From contig JBAZZB010000001.1 of assembly GCA_041659045.1 (NCBI GenBank), positions 6,111-70,110 of the forward strand: a DNA stretch of 64,000 nt. Direction: 5' to 3'. The notes beneath the pieces were generated by a model, which was given only the letters and a program-made list of their open reading frames with translations, searched no databases and was not told where the DNA came from. This DNA is from Patescibacteria group bacterium. Lineage in GTDB: Bacteria; Patescibacteriota; Patescibacteriia; SG8-24; DYFX01. How positions within the stretch are numbered: the stretch's first letter is position 1; the number at the start of each line of letters is the position of its first letter. Of the stretch, positions 29,684 to 36,653 are shown piece after piece. Made by a program: the position numbers and the translations under genes.

Positions 29684-30100
29684 ATGGAGAACAACACCAT
29701 CCTCATCACGCACCTAGTCGGCGCGCCGCGCGAGCGCGTCTACAAAGCGTTTCTCACGCCGGACGACCTCGTCCACTGGAGCCACGCCGGTGACGGCTGG
29801 GTGACGCCGTATGCTCGCGTCGACGCCAAGCCGGGTGGGGAGTTCCATATCGGCTATCAATCGGGAGACGGCGCGCAGACGTTTGATTTCACCGGCACGT
29901 ACGACGAGTTGGTTGAGAACGAAAAGATCGTTTACACGATCATCGATGGTCGCAAGGTTTGGGTCGCGTTCTCTGATCAAGATGGAAAAACCAAGATTGA
30001 TCTGACGCTGACGCTTGAGACGGAGAATACGGCTGAACTTCAGCGCAAAGGCTGGTCCGAGCACCTCGTGAACCTCGACGCCTATCTTGCTAAGGTCTAA
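29684..30100 (+). CDS. SRPBCC/AHSA1 domain protein
   Basis: APRERVYKAF...DAKPGG...QRKGW...L.NL. Confidence 0.9.
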   Translation: MENNTILITHLVGAPRERVYKAFLTPDDLVHWSHAGDGWVTPYARVDAKPGGEFHIGYQSGDGAQTFDFTGTYDELVENEKIVYTIIDGRKVWVAFSDQDGKTKIDLTLTLETENTAELQRKGWSEHLVNLDAYLAKV

Positions 30101-30159
30101 GACCTCAAGAAACACCTCCGTAGAGAGGTGTTTTGCGTTTTCTGCTAGACTGGGTGTAC

Positions 30160-31215
30160 ATGCTTCCCCCTTTCCTCGCCCAGCACAAGAAACTGATCTT
30201 CGTCGCTGTTGGCGTCGTTGCTTTGGTTGGTAGCGGGGCGTTTGCCGCGCGCTATTTTGTTGAAAGCGCGTCGTCTTTGCAGGAGGAGGTTCCTACTACA
30301 GCAGCCGAGCCCGTCATCGACGTCGCCGACTACGACCGTCGTCTGCGCCGGCTGGCACACGTGCCGGAAACCGCCACGAATACCGACGGCTTGAAGTGGC
30401 CGGTTAAAGCCGCCTATCCCGAGGTTGGCGCGATCCTGCCGTTCAAGCGCATTGTCGCGTACTACGGAAATTTTTATGCCAAAGGCATGGGTGTGCTCGG
30501 GGAATACCCCGAAGCCGTCATGCTTGAGAAATTCAAAAAAGAAATCGCCGCCTGGGAAGCGGCTGATCCGGAAACACCTGTGCTTCCGGCCATCGATTAC
30601 ATCGCGATCGTCGCCCAAGCGGGTGCTGGCAAAGACGGCAAGTACCGCGCGCGCATGCCGCACGACCAGATCGACAAAGCGCTCGCTGTTGCCGAGAAAG
30701 TAAACGGCATCGTCATTCTCGAAGTGCAAGCGGGACTTTCCGACGTGATGACGGAAATCAAATCGCTCGAGCCGTATCTCGTGAAGCCGAACGTGCATCT
30801 TGCGATTGATCCTGAGTTCGCGATGCTGCGTCGTAAAACGCGCCCTGGTCTCATGGTCGGTACGGTCGACGCCTGGGAAGTGAACGCAGCAGCCGAGTAT
30901 CTCGCAGAGCTCGTGCGCGCGAACGCGCTTCCTCCTAAGGTGCTGGTAGTGCATCGTTACACCAAACCGATGCTCACCAACGCCACAAAAATTGTCCCGC
31001 TTCCTGAAGTGCAAATCCTTATCGACATGGATGGCTGGGGTGGTATGTCCAACAAAATCAGCAGCTACGAGGCTTACGTCAAATCCGAACCGGTGCAATT
31101 CACGGGCTTCAAGTTGTTCTATAAGAACGACGTGAAGTGGCAAGGCTCGCGCATGCTGACGCCAAAGGAAATTTTGGATCTAACGCCGTCACCTTCGTTC
31201 ATCCAGTACCAGTAG
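30160..31215 (+). CDS. Membrane-anchored conserved hypothetical protein
   Basis: N-terminal TM; RIVAYYG...MGVLG, VHLAIDPEF, DMDGWG, GFKLFY motifs. Confidence 0.8.
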   Translation: MLPPFLAQHKKLIFVAVGVVALVGSGAFAARYFVESASSLQEEVPTTAAEPVIDVADYDRRLRRLAHVPETATNTDGLKWPVKAAYPEVGAILPFKRIVAYYGNFYAKGMGVLGEYPEAVMLEKFKKEIAAWEAADPETPVLPAIDYIAIVAQAGAGKDGKYRARMPHDQIDKALAVAEKVNGIVILEVQAGLSDVMTEIKSLEPYLVKPNVHLAIDPEFAMLRRKTRPGLMVGTVDAWEVNAAAEYLAELVRANALPPKVLVVHRYTKPMLTNATKIVPLPEVQILIDMDGWGGMSNKISSYEAYVKSEPVQFTGFKLFYKNDVKWQGSRMLTPKEILDLTPSPSFIQYQ

Positions 31216-31222
31216 CAGGCGT

Positions 31223-33028
31223 ATGTTTAGAAATAACGCATCGGCAAAAAAAGCTATCGTCTTCTGGTTGCTCGTCGTGCTCGTTATTGTTGCGAGCGCT
31301 TTTGCGTTTGTTGCCACGCAGCCGAGCCGCGTCGTTGTTCCCGTTGATACGACAGGCGCCGTGTTTCGCGATGCGGGGCAGTCAATCGATGCGCGCGTCG
31401 AAGACCTGCTGCAACGCATGACCGTCGCCGAAAAGATCGGCCAGATGGCGATGGTTGAAAAAAACAGCATCCATGATCGGGACGATATCGCCCGCTATGG
31501 AATTGGCGCGATGATCAGCGGCGGTGGCGGCAAGCCGGAGCCGAATACTCCGGCCGGGTGGCTTGCGATGGTCAACGGATTCCAAGAGGATGCCCTGCGT
31601 TCGCGTCTCGGCATTCCGCTGCTCTATGGAGCGGACGCCGTGCACGGGCATTCCAACGTACCTGGCGCGACGGTTTTTCCGCACTTCATCGGCCTCGGAG
31701 CCACACAGAACCCGGATCTCGTACGTCGGGTGGCAGAAGCGACGACAGCAGAATTGGCGGCGACGGGAATTTATTGGAACCTTTCCCCGAACCTCGACGT
31801 CGCGCAGGATGCACGTTGGGGGCGTATGTATGAATCGTTCGGTTCGGACACGGCTTTGGTGAGCGCGCTAGGTGCCGCTTACATGGAAGGGGTCAGCGCT
31901 GGAGGTGCCGCTATCGGCACGGCAAAGCATTTCGTGGGCGCGGGAGGTATGCGGTGGGGAACCTCTTCGAACAAAGAGTTCAAGATCGACCAAGGCACGA
32001 CCGACGAAGATGAAGCAATACTGCGGCGCGTGCATCTGCCGCCGTTCAAAGCAGCGATCAGTGCTGGTGCCGCCAGTGTCATGGTCGGTTTGAATAGTTG
32101 GAACGGGATAAAACTTTCCGCGAACCAGTACTTGCTGACCGACGTGCTCAAAAAAGAACTTGGCTTCGATGGCTTCGTTGTTTCCGATTGGTACGGCGTC
32201 TACGAGATTCCGGGAGGGGACTATCGCGCCGCAGTCACAGCCATCAATGCGGGCGTCGACATGGTCATGCTTCCGTTCGATTACAAAACGTTTATTCGCA
32301 ATGTCCGCGTCGCGATGGAGCGAGGCGAAATTTCGGAAGCGCGCATCGACGACGCCGCTCGCCGTATTTTGACGGCCAAATTCAAGGCGGGCTTGTTTGA
32401 TCGCTCACTCGCCGGCGATGAGGGGCTTTCAGTTGTTGGCTCAGAAGAGCATCGCGCCTTGGCGCGCGAGGCGGTGCGCGCGTCGCAAGTGCTTTTGAAA
32501 AATACGGCGAACACCTTGCCGCTCAGCAAAACTGCGTCGCGCATCGTCGTCGCCGGTTCTTCGGCGCACAACATCGGTCGCCAAAGCGGCGGCTGGACGG
32601 TGGAATGGCAGGGGATCGACGGCAACTGGATTCCCGGCACGACCATTCTCGATGCAATCAAGGGCGCGGTTTCTTCGCAGACGGAAGTTGAATACGATCT
32701 CGAAGGAAACTTTGTGGCGTCGAAGCCGTTGGCCGACGTGGGCGTTGCCGTTGTCGGCGAAGCGCCGTATGCCGAAGGCTGGGGTGACAGCGAACATCCA
32801 GCCCTCACGCCGGAAGATCTCCAGACGATCGACAGAGTCAAAGCTGCCAGTAAAAAAATCGTCGTGATTATCGTCTCCGGTCGCCCGCTCGATATTCGCA
32901 CGCATGCCTCAGCATGGGACGCTGTCGTCGCAGCCTGGCTTCCGGGAAGCGAGGGTCAAGGCGTTTCCGATGTGCTCTTTGGCGAGTATCCATTCACCGG
33001 AAAATTGCCGGTGGCCTGGAAGTTGTAA
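31223..33028 (+). CDS. Glycoside hydrolase family 3 (beta-glucosidase), membrane-anchored
   Basis: DAVHG, RWGR.YES, AKHF, VVSDW, AWLPGSEG. Confidence 0.95.
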   Translation: MFRNNASAKKAIVFWLLVVLVIVASAFAFVATQPSRVVVPVDTTGAVFRDAGQSIDARVEDLLQRMTVAEKIGQMAMVEKNSIHDRDDIARYGIGAMISGGGGKPEPNTPAGWLAMVNGFQEDALRSRLGIPLLYGADAVHGHSNVPGATVFPHFIGLGATQNPDLVRRVAEATTAELAATGIYWNLSPNLDVAQDARWGRMYESFGSDTALVSALGAAYMEGVSAGGAAIGTAKHFVGAGGMRWGTSSNKEFKIDQGTTDEDEAILRRVHLPPFKAAISAGAASVMVGLNSWNGIKLSANQYLLTDVLKKELGFDGFVVSDWYGVYEIPGGDYRAAVTAINAGVDMVMLPFDYKTFIRNVRVAMERGEISEARIDDAARRILTAKFKAGLFDRSLAGDEGLSVVGSEEHRALAREAVRASQVLLKNTANTLPLSKTASRIVVAGSSAHNIGRQSGGWTVEWQGIDGNWIPGTTILDAIKGAVSSQTEVEYDLEGNFVASKPLADVGVAVVGEAPYAEGWGDSEHPALTPEDLQTIDRVKAASKKIVVIIVSGRPLDIRTHASAWDAVVAAWLPGSEGQGVSDVLFGEYPFTGKLPVAWKL

Positions 33029-33051
33029 AATCTTGATGACACGCAGCCTCT

Positions 33052-33456
33052 ATGAAAGCCGTATACAAAACAGTCGCCGCATATAACCGCGGGCAAGCGA
33101 AGAACGACAAGATCATCTGCGACGCGCTGAAGCGCGAGATCGAAAAAGCCATGCCGAAAGCCGAGAGCAAAATTTGGCACGGAAGTCCGGTCTGGTTTTT
33201 GGAAGAGAATCCGATCGTTGGCTATCACAAGTTGAAGGACGCGGTGCGTCTACTTTTTTGGAGTGGGCAATCGTTCGATGAAGATGGTTTGAAGCCGGAA
33301 GGAACGTTCAAGGCAGCCGAAGCGCGCTTTGTTGACGCCAAAGAAATCAAACCTACCGCGCTGCGCCGCTGGCTCGCGAAGGCCAAGAAGATTCAGTGGG
33401 ACTACAAGAACATTGTGAAGCGGAAGGGGAAGCTCGTGCGGTTGAAAACCTCGTGA
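33052..33456 (+). CDS. DUF1801 (YdhG-like) protein
   Basis: KIWHGSPVWF...NPIVGY...LLFWSGQSF...QWDYKNIVKRKG. Confidence 0.85.
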   Translation: MKAVYKTVAAYNRGQAKNDKIICDALKREIEKAMPKAESKIWHGSPVWFLEENPIVGYHKLKDAVRLLFWSGQSFDEDGLKPEGTFKAAEARFVDAKEIKPTALRRWLAKAKKIQWDYKNIVKRKGKLVRLKTS

Positions 33457-33464
33457 AGAAGCGT

Positions 33465-33719
33465 ATGAAAGCAAAAAAAGACAGCGCCCGCGTGCCGCAC
33501 CCTGTCGCGCCGGCTGATGTAAAGAAAATGCTCGCTGGCTCCCCGAAGGCGAAAGCCGTCTGGGACGCCATCACGCCGCTCGCCCGCAATGAATGGATCT
33601 GCTGGATCACCTCCGGCAAGCTGGCGGAGACGCGGAAAATCCGTCTCGAGAAAGCGCAATCAAAACTCTCCGGCGGCATGCGCCGGCCGTGCTGCTGGGA
33701 AGGATGCTCGCATCGCTGA
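33465..33719 (+). CDS. YdeI/OmpD-associated family protein
   Basis: TPLARNEWICWITS.K...TR..R...RRPCCW.GC.HR. Confidence 0.85.
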   Translation: MKAKKDSARVPHPVAPADVKKMLAGSPKAKAVWDAITPLARNEWICWITSGKLAETRKIRLEKAQSKLSGGMRRPCCWEGCSHR

Positions 33720-33725
33720 ACCCTC

Positions 33726-33755
33726 TTGCGTGAAAAATGGCGTCTTTGCTAGGAC
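33726..33755 (+). promoter_or_regulatory. Putative promoter of the tRNA-like gene
   Basis: TTGCGT-18 nt-TAGGAC with TG extension. Confidence 0.45.
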
Positions 33756-33763
33756 CTGTCGGT

Positions 33764-33837
33764 GGGCCCGAGTCCTTGGTGGGCGAACCGGTCTTGCCAG
33801 TCTGGTTTTGGGGGTTCGATTCCCCTCGGGTCCACCA
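33764..33837 (+). tRNA. Non-canonical tRNA-like RNA with Ala identity and an 8-nt anticodon loop (GCC/UGC ambiguous)
   Basis: Acceptor GGGCCCG/CGGGTCC + ACCA; D arm GTCC-TTGGT-GGGC; T arm GGGGG-TTCGATT-CCCCT; anticodon arm AACCGG(T)-CTTGCCAG-(T)CTGGTT. Confidence 0.85.
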
Positions 33838-33842
33838 CCGCG

Positions 33843-33871
33843 TTGACAAGCATGCGGTGAACGGCTACCAT
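33843..33871 (+). promoter_or_regulatory. Sigma70-type promoter of small RNA
   Basis: TTGACA-17 nt-TACCAT. Confidence 0.8.
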
Positions 33872-33877
33872 TTAGCC

Positions 33878-33943
33878 ATGGCAAGGCCGGTTTGAATCCC
33901 TCCGGGATCAGAACCAGCGGAAACTCCCCGAAAGGGGAGTTTT
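33878..33943 (+). ncRNA. Small RNA complementary to the adjacent tRNA-like anticodon arm (includes intrinsic terminator)
   Basis: Own promoter; 33879-33894 pairs with 33784-33799; hairpin 33889-33915; terminator aaactcccc-gaaa-ggggagtttt. Confidence 0.7.
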
Positions 33944-33959
33944 CGTTTACACTCCAAAT

Positions 33960-34288
33960 ATGAAGAAGCGAAACCTGTTCAGCGAACGCGTCATCGAGCT
34001 CGCGCTCTCAATCCCGAAAGGCCGCGTCACGACCTACGGACGACTCGCCCGCGCCGCCGGCGGGGCTCTGCACCGGCCGGTGCAGAGCGGGGGAACGATG
34101 GCCTCGCAAAGCATCACGTCGATTCTTTGGAAAGCCGAACAGCGCGGCGTCAAGAATATTCCGTATCATCGGATCGTGTATGCGGATGGGAGGATTTGGA
34201 TTGATCCGAAGCGGCGAGGGAGAGGTTGGCGCTTTATAAGAAGGAGGGGATTAGAATTGACGAAAGAGACAGGATAATAGCCTTGTAA
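33960..34288 (+). pseudogene. Alkyltransferase-like (MGMT/ATL family) gene with an in-frame palindromic insertion and an apparent frameshift near 34218
   Basis: IPKGRVTTYG, IPYHRIV; a family-like tail ERLALYKKEGIRID lies in another frame. Confidence 0.65.
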
Positions 34289-34321
34289 CAAGGTCGTGTT
34301 ATAGTCAAAAGGTGTCTTAAA

Positions 34322-36601
34322 ATGCAATACGATTTTCAGAATCTTTCTCCAATAGAGTTTGAACATCTCGTTCAAGATCTTTTGCAAGAAGAATTCAAAA
34401 TCTCTTTAGAGAGCTTTGCTCCTGGTCGAGACCAAGGAATTGATTTGAGATACGCGAAAGCAAAGAAAAAAGACCTGATTGTTCAATGTAAAAGATATAA
34501 ATCGGCAACAGATTTGATGCCTGTTTTAAAAAAGGAACTTGAGAAAGTAAAAGCCTTAAAACCAGGTCGATACATATTAGCGACATCTGTCAGTCTCACC
34601 CTAAACCAAAAGCTAAAGATAAAAAAGCTCTTTAAACCGTATATCCGTGCTACGGGAGATATTTTAAGTAAGGAAAGTATAAACAATCTAATTACAAAAA
34701 ATGAAAATGTTGAACTAAGGCACTTTAAGCTTTGGCTATCAAGTACAAACATTCTACGGAAGATTATTCACAGCAAGGTCATAAACCAGGGGAAGTTAGA
34801 ATTGGATAAAATAAAAGAGGAAATTAAATTTTTTGTAGATAACTCGAGTATTGGAGATGCGCTCGATATTTTAAGAAAGACAAAAGTTATTGTTATTTCT
34901 GGTCTACCAGGTATTGGTAAAACAACACTGGCAAGAATGTTGGCCTACCATTACTTGGCAAGAAATTCATACGAAGAGTTTGTATATATATCTGATTCAA
35001 TTAGTGAGGGGTATGAAAATTTTCAAGAAGGAAAAAAGCAGGTATTTTTATTTGATGATTTTTTGGGCAGAAGTTTTCTGACAAAAGACCTACCTACAAA
35101 CGAAGACAAAAGAATAATTGAATTCATTGAAAGTATTAAACGGGCGCCAAACAAGGTTTTGATTGTCACTACTCGCGAATACATTCTTGAACAAGCAAAG
35201 AAGAAGTATGAAAATTTAAATAGCGTTGAGGTGGGTTTTTCCAAATATGTTCTGGATCTGGCCGTTTATACAAAAATGATTAAGGCAAAGATATTGTATA
35301 ATCATTTGTTTTTTTCGACGGTCCCTCAGGGGTACATCCTGGATCTATTAAAATCAAAGCACTATTTAAACATTATTAATCACAAGAACTATAGCCCTAG
35401 AATCATAGGTGCTGTCACAAAACCAGCAATTTGGGAAAAAATTGTGCCAGATAAGTACTCTGAGTTTTTTAAGAATTCTTTGGATCATCCAGACAGTATT
35501 TGGGAACACGTATTTTCAAATCAGATCACCCCGCTATCCCGCTTGATAGTCTTAACTAAATTTACTTGTGGGGAAGGATCGACATTTCTTACGGATCTCA
35601 AGGATGCGACTGAAAAGTTAGTTAAAGAGTGTGGTTTAAATTATGGAGCTGTATTTAATGCAGAAAACTTTAATAATTCGATAAAAGAGCTTGAAAGAAC
35701 ATTCATTCAAATATCAAAGGATGATTCTAACCAATTGGCAGTCGAATTTCAAAATCCATCCATCACTGATTATTTGCGTGACTATTTAAAAAACAATGAA
35801 TCTGTAGTTTCAGATTTAATTGGAGGAGCATTGTTTTTTGACCAACTCTCCCTTCCGTATTCTTTTGAGAGTGAAAAAAAATATGGAGGCATACTTTTAA
35901 GAAAACCATTGATAGAGAAAGTGGTTGAAAGAATGTCTAAAGAGTATCAATCGTTGGTATACGCGCGCCTTACGAGAGTTTATTCTATTGGTGAAGAGAG
36001 TTTTAGATGGGATAGAACTGAGGCGGGTGTGATTCAGAAGGCACAGACTGTTATAGATAAAATTGGTACTTCAATAATCGGGCAAGTTAGGCCGTTGCTA
36101 CCCACCTTAGTCAAAGATCTTATTTTAAAACGTCTTACCTATGTAGAAAGAGGACAGGTTCCAGCACTCGTTTACAAGTTAAGAAAATTTCTCACCACGG
36201 ATTTCCATGAAATCATGGAGAATTACTTAAATAGCATTTACTACTTTCCAGATGTCTTGCGTTTTTTGGAGTTTAAGCGAGTCTCAAGAAAAGAGTATAG
36301 AAAGTTTCTTAAGAAGAATCTTCAAAAGTTAATAGAAAAGATCAATTTTGCCTTAGAAAATGAGATGGATTTTATAGATAATACAGAACTCCCCAATCTT
36401 ATAAACCATGTTCAAGATGTTCAATTACGACTAGGGATCGATCTCAGCGCGTTTATTGAAAGAATAGAAAATGAAGTTCAGCTTAGAGAAAAGAAGAGTG
36501 ACCCCGAAGTTAAAGAGATTAATTTTGAAAGAGAAGAAATTGGATCCGAGATTGATATTGTAAAAATGTTTGATTCATTAGTGGATCAAAACAAAGATTG
36601 A
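34322..36601 (+). CDS. Mrr-like restriction endonuclease fused to STAND NTPase (nSTAND3-like); probable anti-phage protein
   Basis: EFE.LV.DLL...GRDQGID...VQCKRY; GLPGIGKTT; VFLFDDFLG; VTTREYI; visibly AT-rich compared with the flanks. Confidence 0.85.
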   Translation: MQYDFQNLSPIEFEHLVQDLLQEEFKISLESFAPGRDQGIDLRYAKAKKKDLIVQCKRYKSATDLMPVLKKELEKVKALKPGRYILATSVSLTLNQKLKIKKLFKPYIRATGDILSKESINNLITKNENVELRHFKLWLSSTNILRKIIHSKVINQGKLELDKIKEEIKFFVDNSSIGDALDILRKTKVIVISGLPGIGKTTLARMLAYHYLARNSYEEFVYISDSISEGYENFQEGKKQVFLFDDFLGRSFLTKDLPTNEDKRIIEFIESIKRAPNKVLIVTTREYILEQAKKKYENLNSVEVGFSKYVLDLAVYTKMIKAKILYNHLFFSTVPQGYILDLLKSKHYLNIINHKNYSPRIIGAVTKPAIWEKIVPDKYSEFFKNSLDHPDSIWEHVFSNQITPLSRLIVLTKFTCGEGSTFLTDLKDATEKLVKECGLNYGAVFNAENFNNSIKELERTFIQISKDDSNQLAVEFQNPSITDYLRDYLKNNESVVSDLIGGALFFDQLSLPYSFESEKKYGGILLRKPLIEKVVERMSKEYQSLVYARLTRVYSIGEESFRWDRTEAGVIQKAQTVIDKIGTSIIGQVRPLLPTLVKDLILKRLTYVERGQVPALVYKLRKFLTTDFHEIMENYLNSIYYFPDVLRFLEFKRVSRKEYRKFLKKNLQKLIEKINFALENEMDFIDNTELPNLINHVQDVQLRLGIDLSAFIERIENEVQLREKKSDPEVKEINFEREEIGSEIDIVKMFDSLVDQNKD

Positions 36602-36653
36602 GGTACATTTCCCCGTTCGCCCTTCCTCCTGTAAGATCGGGTACACTTAGAGT

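Noticed and set aside
33752-33758. Alternative tRNA 5' end GGACCTG
   Set aside because: It can pair with CGGGTCC but leaves an implausibly long connector and overlaps the putative -10 box; GGGCCCG at 33764 gives a coherent cloverleaf
33764-33837. tRNA-Pyl or tRNA-Sec
   Set aside because: No CUA or UCA anticodon, no long variable arm and no pyl/sel genes in the window; only the core geometry is Pyl-like
33764-33943. tmRNA (ssrA), standard or permuted
   Set aside because: The 3' end (T arm + UCCACCA, G3.U70) is tmRNA-like. However, both acceptor strands lie within 74 nt, a paired D stem is present, and there is no tag-reading-frame/pseudoknot region or downstream 5' acceptor strand
33878-33943. 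T-box riboswitch controlling the ATL gene
   Set aside because: Too short, with no stem I motifs or UGGN-ACC antiterminator bulge; the ATL gene has its own -10 box
34200-34288. ATL frameshift suppressed by the 8-nt-loop tRNA
   Set aside because: Restoring the family C-terminus needs a -1 shift, whereas expanded loops give +1
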